Assembly: GCF_035594765.1 (NCBI RefSeq)
Contig: NC_085845.1
Span: 171,694,897-171,758,896 of the forward strand
DNA: 64,000 nucleotides
DNA from: Anolis carolinensis
Taxonomy: Eukaryota
Reading direction: 5' to 3'
In this document: piece by piece, positions 12,993 to 25,469 of the stretch
Position numbering within the stretch: position 1 is the stretch's first letter
Layout: every line of letters begins with the position of its first letter
Made by a program: the position numbers and the translations under genes
Notes under the pieces: model-generated
What the model was told of the DNA's origin: nothing
What the model saw: the letters and a program-made list of their open reading frames with translations, nothing else
Database searches by the model: none

Positions 12993-14965
12993 AGCATTAG
13001 ATTCCTAGAGCAATCCTGTGCTCACATATCATATGAGGGGTTGATTCTGCCCTCATCTTATCCCAATTTCTATTTGCACCATGGACAGTGAAGTAATTCC
13101 AAACTTCTACTAGGGCCACCCAGTGGTCAAAACTGGACTGTAAGATTTCATGCTGAAGAAACTAAAATGTAAGGATTTGAACAAAGAAGAAAATATTTGA
13201 GAAAATGGACCATAATACACAAACAAAGGTCTCCTGCACACCATCTTATTCATTTTGGCAAACTTGTGCAGGACAGCTTCCCAACAGAGTATATCCTGGA
13301 AAGTTTGGAAAAGAACAGGGACAAGACTTCAAGGCAAATTCAGTTAGAAAATACATTCTTCCCAAGGATACAGAAGACTATATAAAAACTCTCCTAAGAA
13401 TGTAGATGAAATTAGATGATATCTCGATGGGCTTTCCATTATATATAAACAGGGAGAAGAAATAATATTAAAAACAAGATAAGAACCAAACAACTGATGA
13501 TGGAATAAAAAGGAGACAGAAATTTCCCCCCCTATGACAGCTAGAAATAACTACATGCTCAATACATTCAAGAGCAAAAGCCAAGGAATTGCCTCCCATT
13601 TGCTTGCATGCAGTCAGCCATAAACACAAGGGAGGAAAACATCATTTTTCAAAGCAATGTCACTAGTTAAAAGCCAAAAGTGTCTACACCACACGCCTGC
13701 AGAACAGCAAGGCAGTGATCCATATCTCTTTGTAGGGAGAACGACCGCAAAGCAAATTGCCTCAGGTTGGCAAATAGAGATAAATATGAATAATAACAGA
13801 GCTGAATGTTGACACATAATGCAATGTTATTTCAGTACAAATGTATAATAGTGTATCTAATGGAACCGTACAGGTTCCAAAGTTTATCATGTTTTGCATT
13901 CAAACAACATAGCACCCACGCAAGAGAAATGAAGGAACCAACTATTTTATTTGAAAGAGGTAAGTGCAATTGATTTTTAAATCTTGGTCATCAGAAGCAT
14001 TTCCTTTCAATGGATACAAAAATATTATGAAAAAAGGACTGATATGATGGAGATTTTATTTTTAAAAACAGCTTCCCAAGCTTACAGTACCAATGAAAAA
14101 TTAGACCTAATGGAAATCATGACAACTTTGTCAGGCTTAATACAGCTCCCATTTATTTCAGTGGAACCCTAGCAGAAGCACATCCAGGGGACTGTGTTCT
14201 CCTTTGAGGTGTCATGGGGGCCCTCATGGAAGCCCAATTGCCAAATTGGCAAGGGATGATGGGAGTTGTAGCAAAACAAAGACTATACAGTTCCGTTACT
14301 TTCAGAAGCACCTGTGAAGACTTTCTGCTTTTTCATTGGGTGTGTTGAGATATCTTAGTAGTCCACGGGGTATAATGGTAGATGATGATGGAAGTTGTAT
14401 TTCAATACATCTGGAGGCCATAGAGTCACGCCAAAGGACTTAGAGATCTCTAGAGAGAATGTTTTAATCAAATACATGAATAATAAACTCCGCAAAAGTC
14501 AAACCTGCAAATGTGGAGAGGCACCTGTACTCTCCTTGCTAGCTCTGCAACTTCAGTAGAGGAGCATTAGCAATTAAGATCCACTTGCAAGACTATAATT
14601 TCATATTACTTGTGCTGTTTCATTACTTTTTTCCTTTTACATACTCCACTTCATTCTTACTTTTATGATTTCCATTAAATTTTTATATGGGATAATTTAT
14701 GTTTCGAATCAATAAGATATATTCACTCTCAGAGAGAAGAAATTGAGGTAGACAGGCTGTCTTAATTACATCATCCTGCATGCAAGGTTAACTGATCACT
14801 GTTTCTTGAACTGTGGGACCCAACCTCAAATGGGGTCCCCTGAGCTAAAATTCTCTGAATGTCATCTAGTTGCTATTTTAGACATTTACACCAATATGTT
14901 GTGCAATATATACAGTAAACACTGCAGAAGATTATTCTGCTGTACTTCATAGAAGGGAAACTCAG

Positions 14966-15108
14966 GGGCCCTACACACAGCCTTATATCCCAGAATATCA
15001 AGGCAGAAAATCCCACATTATCTGAGTGTGGACTCACAACCCAGTTCAAGGCAGATATTGGATTTTCTGCCTTGATGTTCTGGGATATAGGGTTGTGTGG
15101 AAGGGCCC
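14966..15108. mobile_element. Harbinger-type palindromic MITE (related copies at about 29528-29664, 32560-32637 and 60420-60530)
   Basis: TIRs gggccctacacacagcc...ggttgtgtggaagggccc with internal inverted arms. Confidence 0.65.
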
Positions 15109-15134
15109 ATAGCCTCTTTAGCAAGCCTTGCAAA

Positions 15135-15825
15135 TGTTGGGTTTTTGTGAGTTTTCTAGGCTGTATGGCCATGTTCCAGAAGCATTCTCTCCTGACATTT
15201 CACCCACATCTATGGCAGGCATCCTCAGAGGTTGTGAGGTACAGTAGAGTCTCACTAATCCAAGCCTCGCTCATCCAAGCCTCTGGATAATCCAAGCCAT
15301 TTTTGTAGTCAATGTTTTCAATATATCATGATGTTTTGGTGCTAAATTCGTAAATACAGTAATTACAGCATAACATTACTGCGTATTGAACTACTTTTTC
15401 TGTCAAATTTGTTGTATAACATGAAGTTTTAGTGTTTAATTTGTAAAATCATAACCTAATTTGATGTTTAATAGGCTTTTCCTTAATGCCTCCTTATTAT
15501 CCAAGATATTCGCTTATCCAAGCTTCTGCCGGCCCGTTTAGCTTGGATAAGTGAGACTCTACTGTATATTGGAAACTAAGCAAGGGAGGTTTATATATCT
15601 GTGGAAGGTCTAGGGTCAGAGAAAGAACTCTTGTCTGTTGGAGGCCAGTGTGAATGTTGTAATTAATCACCTTGATTAGCATTAATGGTCTTGCCAGCTT
15701 CAAGGCCTGGTTTCTTCCTGCCTGGGGGAATCCTTTCTTCGGAGGTGTTAGCTGGCCCTGATTGTTTCATGTCTGGAATTCCTCTGTTTTCAGAGTATTA
15801 TTTATTTACTGTTCTGATTTGAGAG
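15135..15825 (-). mobile_element. Penelope pLTR/3' fragment interrupted by a Tc1/mariner MITE
   Basis: pLTR text stops at gttgtgagg (15239) and resumes ttggaaactaagcaag after about 15568. Confidence 0.85.
15242..15564. mobile_element. Tc1/mariner (Tigger-like) MITE; further copies at 18310-18653, 57121-57428 and 60612-60934
   Basis: TIR CAGTAGAGTCTCACT(T/A)ATCCAA...TTGGATAAGTGAGACTCTACTG flanked by TA. Confidence 0.9.
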
Positions 15826-16348
15826 TTGATTTGTTATCATTAATGTTATGTTTTTATACCTATTTTATATACCTACATACCCGTGGTCACATAAAAATTT
15901 CTCAGGCCAAAATCCTTACTGTCTCAGTGTCAGCTCCAAGAAGGCATGTGATTGCTGTGTGCCTTCAAGCTGTTTCTGATCTATTGCAGAATTTTCTTGG
16001 CAAAATTTGTTCTAAGTGGGTTTTGCCTTGGCCTTCCTCTGTGGCTGACAGAGGGTTTCCATAATAGTTTCCATGACGAAGCAGGCATTTGAACCCTGTT
16101 CTTCAGAGTCCTAGTCCAACAGTCAAACCACTGTATCAAACTGGCTGTCTTCCCAGCTATTTTTTCACCTCTGTACTGTCCCTTCCTTCAGTTACAACCA
16201 TGCCCATCTAAATGCATTTTAGCACTAAATGCACTTAAATTTTAAATATAAACATTTAAATCACATTCGCAGTCAGACAGGACCTTCTGGATTGTGTTCT
16301 TCAACTGGCTGCCATAGGCAACAAGCAATCTCACTTCAGTGGGCATGG

Positions 16349-16544
16349 AGTGCATCTACATTGTAGAATTAATGCAGTTTGATACCACTCTAACTGTCAC
16401 GGCTCAATGCTATGGAATCCTAGGAGCTGTAATTTGGAAGACACAGAATGCTAAAGACCTTGTGAAACTATGACTTTCATAGCATTGAGCCATCACAGCT
16501 AAAGTAGTGTCAAACTGCATTAACTCTACAGTGTAGGTACACCC
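16349..16544. mobile_element. Harbinger-type MITE family 'ggtgcatctacactgtagaattaatgcagtttg' (copies at about 19280-19400 + 20010-20118, 21633-21855, 35620-35830, 55032-55243, 58078-58288 and 62020-62158)
   Basis: Long terminal inverted arms tgcatctacac..aattaatgcagtttgacaccactttaactgccatggctcaatgctatgg repeated across the window. Confidence 0.8.
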
Positions 16545-17457
16545 ATGATTTCTTACAAATGCAAGTGAATACACAGAGGAGGGGAAAAACAAATCCATTT
16601 GTTTTGGCCTGAATTTGAATGGATAAATGAGGCTGTGGTCCCATATCCTTCTATCTGAAAGTAAGCTTCAACTCTTCATCAACATGTATTGGATTGTGCT
16701 GTAAAAGATGATCATGATTTCTCAAATGATTTTTGCCGAACAGTTCCAGGAAAACTGGTGAAGGATAAACATAGAGACCTGTCTTACTAGAAGCTGAAAG
16801 TACTGAATCTAATTTGATGAGGTTTAAAAAAAAACCCTGCTGACTCAGATAAAACAATACAGCATCCAAAAAAATCTATTATATAAAAGAATAGCTACTT
16901 GCTTGCACTTAAGGGAATAATAAACTCTCTAGCAAAATTAATTCAATGCTTTTGGTCAATAAACTCTTAAAGGAACTGGCACCGAAAGAGGCTGTCTGGC
17001 ACAGGAAAGGCTGAGATAAATGTGATTCCTTGAGGAGCAGAAAATGTAATGAGAAAATCTCTTAGTGCCAGCGTTAGCTTGCCAAGGACAAGGGCTACCA
17101 AAGTCACCAGTTTATTGTAAAGGCAACATTTCACATGTGTGCCAAGTAGGCTGAAATCAGAATAGAAGGAAGAATAAAGCTTAAATGAGGGGGTGTTCTT
17201 GGCTATCAAAAAAGCTGCTTGGTTATAATTTGAATGAAATAAACAATCATTAATCACTCTAAATTGAAAAAAAAACAGTTGTATGGTCTATTCTATTGAA
17301 TGCTTTTTCTGGCAAATAATTTCTGTTAAAATGTTAAAATGCTTTTGTATGACAGGAGGGACTTGTTCATAGTCCCTGTAACAATGAAGAACACAAGCTG
17401 AAACTAATTTAAAAGCTTGTCTGTGCTGAAGTTGTTAGATAAACTTGTTCCTTAGCC

Positions 17458-18160
17458 AGTATTGCACCACCTGACATCCGCCTGTAATGAAAAGACCAAG
17501 GCATTGACATCTCCGGCCCATCCTCTGTTCGGATGTCAGCCAGCAAGCCAACACCTTTAATCAAGAAATAGCTTCCTAAGATCTACAGCAGGCATGGGCA
17601 AACTTTGACCCTCCAGGTGTTTTGGACTTCAACTCCCAATATCCCTAACAGCCTACCGGCTGTTAGGGATTGTGGGAGTTGAAGTCCAAAATACTGGAAG
17701 GCCGAAGTTTGCCCATAGCTGATCTACAGAGACACTCGCAGGCACACCTCAGCAAGCGAGAGTCCAAAAGTGGCAGGCTAAAACTCGGAACCTCAATCCA
17801 TGGCTGATACCAGATGAGAAACTCTCTCCTGGGCACACAGAATACCGGGCAACTTGGAAGGCGCTGAACAGACTACGCTCTAACACTATGAGATGCAGAG
17901 CCAACCTTAAAAAATGGGTCTACAAAGTGAAGTCCATGACATGCAAGTGTGGAGAAGAGCAAACCACAGACCATTTAATACAATGCAGACTGAGCCCTGC
18001 CACATGCACAATGGAGGACCTTCTTACAGCAACACCAGAGGCACTGCAAGTGGCCAGTCAAAGGAAATCTAGTATATGGTCAAGTTTTTAACTTAGTTTG
18101 TGTATTTTAAAAAATATAACTGTATTTATATCAATTCGCTTCTGACACGATGAATAAAAC
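17458..18160 (+). mobile_element. Vingi (Ingi-related) LINE 3' fragment
   Basis: Translation WKALNRLRS..RCRANLKKW..CKCGEEQTTDHLIQC (zinc-knuckle C-terminus), ending cgcttctgacacgatgaataaa. Confidence 0.75.
17589..17721. mobile_element. hAT MITE inserted into the Vingi fragment (related copies at 29791-30020, 31338-32261 and 55249-55450)
   Basis: TIR CAGGCATGGGCAAACTT...AAGTTTGCCCATAGCTG with a perfect 8-bp TSD ATCTACAG at 17581-17588 and 17722-17729. Confidence 0.9.
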
Positions 18161-19401
18161 TTGTTCCTTGTGTCAGAGAAGTATTGAATACGTATTTATT
18201 AAATAAAACCTATGAGTGACTTTCTAGCTGGATTTAGCACCATATTACCATTGAAATCATGAAGACTCTAGTTTGGTGAAATCAAACTACAGTATTCACT
18301 ATACTATTACAGTAGAGTCTTGCTTATCCAACCTTCACTTATCCAGTGTTCCATGTTATCCAAAGCAGTTTGCCTTTTAGCAGTCCATGTTTTTGTAGTC
18401 AATATTTTCAATACATTGCGATATTTTGGTGCTAAATTTGTAAATACAGTAATTACCACATAATGTTACCGTGTATTGAACTGCTTTTTCTGTTGATTTG
18501 TTGTAAACCATGATGTCTTGGTGCTTAATTTGTAAAATCATAATGTAATTTGATATTTAATAGGCTTTTCCTTAATCCCTCCTTATTATCCAACATTTTG
18601 GCTTATCCAACATTCTGCCTGACCGTTTGTGTTGGATAAGTGAGACTCTACTGTATATAGAGCAAATATTAGAAATTTAGTTTTTAAAAAATAAAGCTTC
18701 AAGAATCCTGCACGAAACATGCCTGTTGCTAGCTATCTTTGGAGTTATTATAAAAAAGGAACTTTTTCCTGAAAAACTACATTTATAAAGTATTTGTTAA
18801 TCCATAATAGTGATAAAAAAACAGAATGCAGCTTTTTCGGTTTTAGATCACGCACACACCCCTTTTATCTTCCAGTTCTGTCCCCAGCTCCAAGCCAACA
18901 AAAAGCAAAGGGAAAAAGAATTCAAAGACTTCTGCCTGTTGAATTAATTCTCTTCTTGGCAAGGTCACTTCATTAAAACTGCTACCCCGACTTTACTTAT
19001 TTAAAATAATGTTCATTAAAGTCAATGGTACATTATTTCCAAGTAAGCATCATTAGCATGTAGCTAAGGCACATTCTGAAAGCCTGGTTTGATTGATAAT
19101 CACGTAGTGAAAAAGAAATGATTTGCTTTGTTTCCAATTAGGGTTTTGTAGGTAGGATTTGTTGGGCGGAGGGAGGACATGCCGTTGCCTTCCCCTAAGG
19201 CAGAGAGAGTGTGACTTGCTCAAGGTCACCAGTGGGTTTCCGTGACCGAGTGAGGATTTGAACCCTGCTCTCCAGTCATGGGGTGCATCTACACTGTAGA
19301 AATAATGCAGTTTGGCACCACTTTAGCTGATATGGCTCAATGCTATGAAATCAAGGGAATTTTAGTCTGACGAGGAATCAACACTTTAGAAGGCAAAAAT
19401 T

Positions 19402-20011
19402 GTGTTGTCAAAGGCTTTCATGGCCAGAATAACTGGGTAGCTGTGAATTTTCCAGGCTATATGGCCATGTTCAAGGAATATTCTCTCCTGACGTTTCGCC
19501 CACATCTATGGCAGCCATCCTCAGAGGTTGCGAGGCCTATTGGAAACTAGGCAAGTGGGGTTTATATATCTGTGGAATGTTCAGGGTGGGAGAAAAAACT
19601 CTTTTGTTTGCTTAAGGTAAGTGTGAATGTTTCCATTGGTCAGCTTGATTAGCATTTAGCCTGGCAGCTTCAAAGACTGGTTGTTTCCTGCCTGGCGGAA
19701 TCCTTTGTTGGGAGGTGTTAGCTAGCCCCGACTGTTTGTCTGGAATTCCCGTTTTCTGAGTGTTGTTCCTTATTTACTGCCCTGATTTTATTCAATGCTA
19801 ATCAAGCTGGCCAATTGCAACATTCACACTTTCCTCAAACAGACAAGAGTTCTTTTTCCCACCCTGGACCTTCCACAGATATAGAAACACCACCTGACTC
19901 GTTTCCAACAGACCTCACAACCTCTGAGGATGCCTGCCATGGATGTGGGCGAAACGTCAGGAGAGAATGCTTCTGGAACATGGCCACACAGCCCGGAAAA
20001 CTCACAGCAAC
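19402..20011. mobile_element. Penelope element: two pLTR copies in inverted orientation, inserted into a Harbinger MITE
   Basis: pLTR on minus at 19402-19790 and on plus at 19791-20011. MITE halves lie on either side. Confidence 0.9.
19921..19961 (+). ncRNA. Minimal type-I hammerhead ribozyme motif in a Penelope pLTR
   Basis: CCU-CUGAGGA-U-GCCUGC(CAUGGAU)GUGGGC-GAAA-CG-UC^AGG: both catalytic boxes, 6-bp stem II, palindromic ACGU mini stem III, stem I CCU/AGG. Predicted cleavage after C19958. Confidence 0.75.
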
Positions 20012-20269
20012 GAAGGCAAAAAATCTTGCAAGACTACATATCCCAGGATTTAACAGCATTCAGCCATGGCAGTAAAAGTGGTGTCAATCTGGATTAATTC
20101 CGCAGAGTAGATGTATCCTTAAACTGCTGCTAAGCACTCTCTTATTTTAGGCTGGCCATATAGTGTTAAATAAGAAAAAATAAGCAGCCTATTTCAGCCC
20201 GCAAAGAGATGTCCTCAATTAGCCATTCTCACTAAACCACCCTATAAGCCCCTCCTCTCCCTTCCGCTC

Positions 20270-20441
20270 GCTTTCTAGTCTGCGCAAGCGCAATGAGACC
20301 TAAGCGGGCCGAATGACAAACTATAGGACAGAGAGTCCACAAGCACAACCGGAAGTGTGGCAAGACGAGCTCGGAAGTGAGCTCAAGAGTCCACCATATT
20401 GTTGAGGGGCAAAATACTGTTCACGCTGGGAAGGAGGAAAT
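20270..20441 (+). promoter_or_regulatory. RPS19BP1: RPS19BP1 promoter/5' UTR (CpG-enriched, housekeeping type)
   Basis: NRF1-like TGCGCAAGCGCA at 20281-20292. ETS/GABPA CGGAAGTG at 20350-20357 and 20372-20379. Lies directly upstream of the ATG. Confidence 0.7.
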
Positions 20442-20493
20442 ATGTCGGCTTCCTTGCTGAGAAAGGGTCTGGAGCTGCTTGAGGCGACAGGAG
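20442..20493 (+). CDS. RPS19BP1: RPS19BP1 (AROS) coding exon 1
   Basis: MSASLLRKGLELLEATG, matching the AROS N-terminus MSAALLRRGLELL. Donor G|gtaata, phase 1. Confidence 0.93.
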
Positions 20494-20534
20494 GTAATAG
20501 GAAAAAAATGGGAGGAGATAAAAAAAAAGGGACC

Positions 20535-21342
20535 GGGTTGCTATGAGTTTTCCGGGATGTATGGCCATGTTCCAGAAGCATTCTCTCCTGACGTTTCGTC
20601 CACATCTATAGCAGGCATCCTCAGAGATTGGGAGGTTTGTTAGAAACTAGGGAAGTGGGGTTTATATATCTGTGCAATGTCTAGGGTGGAAGAAAGAACT
20701 CTTGTTTGCTTGGGCAAGTGTAAATGTGAATGTTGCAAACGCAGCGCCCAAACACGAAGCAAGGAACATGAAAGGCATTGCAGACTAGCTCAATCAGAGA
20801 AGTCAGCCATAGCAGAAATGCTGGACCACTTCAACAATTATTATGTCAGACTAAACAGAGAAGCCACTGAAATCCACAAGCATGTAGACAATTTTAATAG
20901 AAAGGAGGAAACCATGAAAATGAACAAAATCTGGTTACCAGTATTTTAAAAACTCTAAAATCAGGACAGTAAATAAATAACATTACTCTGAAAACAGGGG
21001 AATTCCTGACATGAAACAATCAGGGCCAGCTAACACCTCCCAACAAAAGATTCCCGCAGACAGGAATCAGCCAAGCTTTGAAGCTGCAAGGCTATTCAAT
21101 GCTAATCGGGGTGATCCAACATTCACACTTGCCTCAAATAGGCAAGAGTTCTTTCTCCCACCCTGAACCTTCCACAGATATATAAACTCAACTCGCCTAG
21201 TTTCCAACAAACCTCACAACCTCTGAGGATGCCTGCCATACATGTGGGTGCAACGTCAGGCGAGAATGCATCTGGAACATGGCCATGTAGCCTAGAAAAC
21301 TCACAGCAACCTAGTGATTTTGGCCATGAAAGTTTTTGACAA
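20535..21342. mobile_element. Penelope element (inverted pLTR + GIY-YIG remnant + pLTR) filling RPS19BP1 intron 1
   Basis: Minus pLTR at 20535-20735. Plus strand gives EHERHCRL..EKSAIAE..REATEIHKH at 20740-20949, followed by a pLTR to 21342. Confidence 0.9.
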
Positions 21343-21406
21343 CACAGAAGGGATCGGGTTTTTTCCTTCGCTGGGTTGAATCTTTCTTTCCTTCTGCTAT
21401 GAATAG

Positions 21407-21550
21407 CATCCTCTTCCCAGCCCAAGAAAGTGGCATCCTCTGCCAGACCGACCAAGCAGTTGCTGAAAAGGTTGAGAAAGAAGAAGAAGCGGCTGGGGCC
21501 TGGAAGAAACAAGGCCACCGTCAAAGGCAAAGTGGTCAAATCTGCTTTAG
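21407..21550 (+). CDS. RPS19BP1: RPS19BP1 coding exon 2
   Basis: Acceptor tgaatag|; reads ASSSQPKKVASSARPTKQLLKRLRKKKKRLGPGRNKATVKGKVVKSAL (cf. human KGKVPKSAL); donor G|gtgaga. 144 nt keeps phase 1. Confidence 0.85.
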
Positions 21551-22392
21551 GTGAGAGAGAAACAACAAGGGGGAGGTGGTTCCCTTCTGGGATCTGTCAA
21601 TCCCATTTCTGTCCCCATAATTCTGCACATATAGGGTGCATCTACACACTGTTGAATTGATGCAGTTTGACACCACTTTAACTGCCATGGCTCAATGCTC
21701 TGGAATCATAGAAGTGGAAGTTTTACAAGCCCTTTAGCCTTTCTCTGTCAAAGAGCTCTGGTGCCTTTCCAAACTACAAATCCTAGGATTTCATAGCGTT
21801 GAGCCATAACAGATAGAGATGTGAAACTGCACTCATTCTACAGAGTAGATGAAACACTGGTGTTCTGATTTCCTGTTTGTGACTTTAACATACGTAATAT
21901 GTAAATAGTGAAGAAATTCAGCTTTTAAACTAACTGTTTAAAATTACTCTGTCAGACAAATAAGCAACTGGAAGTCCTCTGCTATGTCAGACCTTTTTCA
22001 GTTTCTGGCTGGGTAGTTGTGTCCACAACAGTCTTTTTTTCTTCTTAAAGATTAATGAATTTATAGTTGTGTAATATGTTATAACATATGCTTCTGAGAT
22101 CTCAAATGCCTGAAATGTTATCCAGAATTTCAAGTGTATATACAGCAGACACTGGAAGTGGGTAGTGGTATTGAAAGCCATAAAGTCAAAAGGGATTAGA
22201 TGTATAATGTGACACTGAGAATTAATTGCATTCAAGATAACAGAAATGGCACTGTGTGATAAAGACTTTTGTGTTTGTCCTCCATAAACATTTATCCTTT
22301 GTTCAACTAAAGACCAGTTTAACAGTTCTAGATTTATAACCCATGCCTCTATTTGGACTAAAGTTACACTTTTTGGAAAAAAAAATCCCCAG

Positions 22393-22490
22393 AGGAATAT
22401 AGGAAACATCAAGCTGTTGACCATTTTGAGGAGAATATGCGGTACATGATGAGCAATCACTTCGTTACAGACAACACTGTCACTAAAAAG
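22393..22490 (+). CDS. RPS19BP1: RPS19BP1 coding exon 3
   Basis: EEYRKHQAVDHFEENMRYMMSNHFVTDNTVTKK (cf. human DEYRKRECRDHLRVNLKFL); cccag| ... |gtaacc; 98 nt. Confidence 0.9.
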
Positions 22491-23118
22491 GTAACCTACT
22501 ATTTTCATTCATATCCAGAGGAAAACACACAGCTTTATAGAGATACTGTTTATGTGGTTTAAAAAACAAGCATTATTTTGCATCTTTATATGCGACTTGT
22601 TTGTTGAAATAAAAGCTCAGTTGACAGGTCCCAGCTTTGAAAGGAGACTTAGTATATTACTTCACTTCTAAGATGTACTTTCCCTCCATCTAAATGTGTC
22701 TAAAAACTGGGTCCATCTTAGAATTGCAAGTGCTTTTATAAACTTTTTTTCTGTTGATGATACTGCTGTTATTGTGCATCATACAACTGATGAATTGAAG
22801 AAATACAATATTAGTGTAGTTCTATGCATTTCCATTTGAATGAATTAGTGCTGCCTTTCATCTAGCATTCTAGCCAGAATACTTCAAAATCCTAGTAATC
22901 ATTAGGGTTTTTTCATGAAGTATTCTGAAATATGCAAGTGTTGCCTTCCTGCACTGAATTTAAATGACTTATTCTGCTTCCTATATAAATCCTCATATAC
23001 TGGTTTTTCTTTGTCTCTCTGCAGTGTTCAAATATTTAGGCTAGATTATGGTTGATGGATGTAAGTTTGTGCTGTTAGTAATGGTGTAATGTTTGTTTGT
23101 TTGCAAATGGATTTGAAG

Positions 23119-23259
23119 ATTTTGGACCAAAACAGAGGGAGGAAAGCTAAAGACCGTTCCCAAGAGGAAGCAAAGAAAAAGCCTTCAGACACGGTATTCA
23201 CTGAGGAAGACTTCCAACGATTTGAGAGGGAGTATTTTGAGGGAGCTGGAAGAGTCTGA
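23119..23259 (+). CDS. RPS19BP1: RPS19BP1 coding exon 4 (total CDS 435 nt, 144 aa)
   Basis: [13 protein letters not shown]...[18 protein letters not shown] matches the AROS C-terminus ILRQNRGRKACDR...[16 protein letters not shown]. Confidence 0.95.
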   Translation: MLDQNRGRKAKDRSQEEAKKKPSDTVFTEEDFQRFEREYFEGAGRV

Positions 23260-23822
23260 CCAAAGAGACTGTTTCTCATTGTTTACAGATCCTTTTTGTG
23301 TGTTTTTGGGATACATATTTTCAGAGGGTGCAGAACCTTTACATCTGATTTTTCAGTTATCTAATGTGTGATTTTGCAGTTTGTCCTGTGTGCATAGAAT
23401 CTTTATTTCCCTATCACCAGGATGCAAACTGCTCATTTACATTTACTTGCTGCTGTAATCTAGAGTAACTAGATAGAATGAAATCTCCCATCATCGTATA
23501 TCAGAGAGAAGCTGATTGCCCAATTTGGGAGCGAGGAAAGTCTTCTAGAGCATAAGCACAGGACTCCCAATTTGATTCAAGAAACACAACACTGGAATAT
23601 TATGCCTAAAACATAACCAAGTTGCTACTATTTGGAAGTCTTTTATATGTACTGTAACAAGTACTGTGGCACTAGCCAAAAGAAATGGGAATCTGAAGTA
23701 GTTTCATAAGAGTAGTAGCATAAATCCAGGTTTGTTGTTATGCTTGTACTCTGCAGACTGATGCAGATTATAGTTCCCTATTATCCGGTCATGTGAAAAT
23801 ACATCAATCTCAATATTGTATT

Positions 23823-23828
23823 AATAAA
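23823..23828 (+). terminator. Candidate RPS19BP1 polyadenylation signal
   Basis: First AATAAA I found downstream of the stop. Confidence 0.5.
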
Positions 23829-25401
23829 TGAGCAGTGTAGTACTTCTGCAGTCACTCATCAAATTAAAATTGTCTTTTTAAAAAAGGTTCATTTTTTAAG
23901 TATTGGAAAACAATGATTGGTTATCACACCTTACGTTGCAGACCTTTGGAAAGTGAGCAAGGTGTAGGCATCGTGATATTGGGAGTATACAGCCCTGGGA
24001 AGGATGACTTTAAAAACAAACTCCAACCTCCTACATAGTTTTGATACCTTAATAATTGCTCTTTTCATATTAAGGACTCACTCATGTTGGGAAGTAATGA
24101 GTGCTCGGGCGTGGTTTTCAAATGTATGGTTCTTTAATATACCTTTAATCAACCAGCATATTTAATTATATGCTAGAATTGCTGCACTGCAGTGTCTACA
24201 TTTTGTATTTCAATTTATTCTAAGTGACTTGGGTCCCTCCAGGATTACTCCACTTCCAGCTCAGTAAAACTGAGTATGAAAACCTTTTAAGCTCAACTCT
24301 TTGCCACCAGTTGTAACGTTTTACAAAAGGAGCCAAGATAATTTTCAGGACACAAGGCAAGACAGTGCACAAATTAAACTGTATTGGAGACACAGCTAAA
24401 GATGTTTGGTTCTGTTTGTATTTCCTTCATGTGGATCAAAGCAAAGTTCATTTATGGTTGCAATAAATAATTTGCCCAAAAGGTGGCAGAAACTTCAACC
24501 ATCATGTTAGCTGTGTGAATCTACATTTAGCAATCTCGGCTTCTTTGTAAACAGACCTGTACAAATTTCCAAATGGAAACAATGAGCAGTGTTTATAAAG
24601 CTATTCTACAGGGTGGTGACAGCCGAGAGGAAGCTCTGGCGCGGGCTGGTCCATGTCATGAAGAGTCAGAAGCAACTGAACGAATAAACAACAAAACAGG
24701 AAAATATGACAAGTGGCCAGATTAGCCATAGGAACACCTTGCTGGCCAAGATAATGGCACTTAAAAGGCTATTCTGTTTTATCCATGCTGGCTTTACTAT
24801 AGCATACAAATCTGTTAATGTTTTTAGTAGTAATAGTTGCAAGACTAAATGCAAAAGGCTGTCTGCAACAAGAAACCTGGATATGCTTATGGCCACTATA
24901 CATAGGTACAACACACATAATAAAACCCCAAGTCTTGCATCTTACATAGGACAAAGGATACCCAATTCTGAAGGTTATTTTTCTGTTGCTAATGAGTTCA
25001 AATGTTACTTTTTGCTTTGTCCCTCGTCCTTACAAGGCAGTAAGGGAAGTAACTTCTGCCCGCACTAAAAATCACTGAATACCAGATCTCAAACTGACTT
25101 GGCATCACAATTTTCTCCTGCATTAAATCTTTAGCCTTATGAAGCCAGTGAAGCTTTAAAAGTGTACAACTTTTTCAGTTGGCCCAAAACATATCCTTGC
25201 TTGTTCATTTTGCTGCATAGCTGCCTCTAAATATTTACATGTACAATTATCTTCCTACCTAGCCAGTGTATAATGAATTGCCCAACCTTTGAACAGTTTA
25301 GTCCTTCTCATTATTTATTCCAGCATTTTATTAAATTCATGAGGCTAGTCAGTATATTATGAACTCTTGAAAGACTCATAGAATCATATACTAGAAAATA
25401 A

Positions 25402-25407
25402 TTTATT
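25402..25407 (-). terminator. Candidate ATF4 polyadenylation signal
   Basis: AATAAA on minus about 60 nt after the stop, consistent with the short ATF4 3' UTR. Confidence 0.65.
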
Positions 25408-25469
25408 AAGCAACAACACCGTTTACACAAAGCTTTTATATACATGCATGTAACATTTATTTGACTACC

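Noticed and set aside
1-19000. CACNA1I exons expected from synteny left of RPS19BP1
   Set aside because: I recognised no Cav3.3-like peptide in the ORF track or by eye. Non-coding 5' exons cannot be excluded.
21987-22508. 173-aa minus-strand ORF
   Set aside because: Antisense to RPS19BP1 intron 2/exon 3, starts at a non-ATG codon, AT-rich and without homology.
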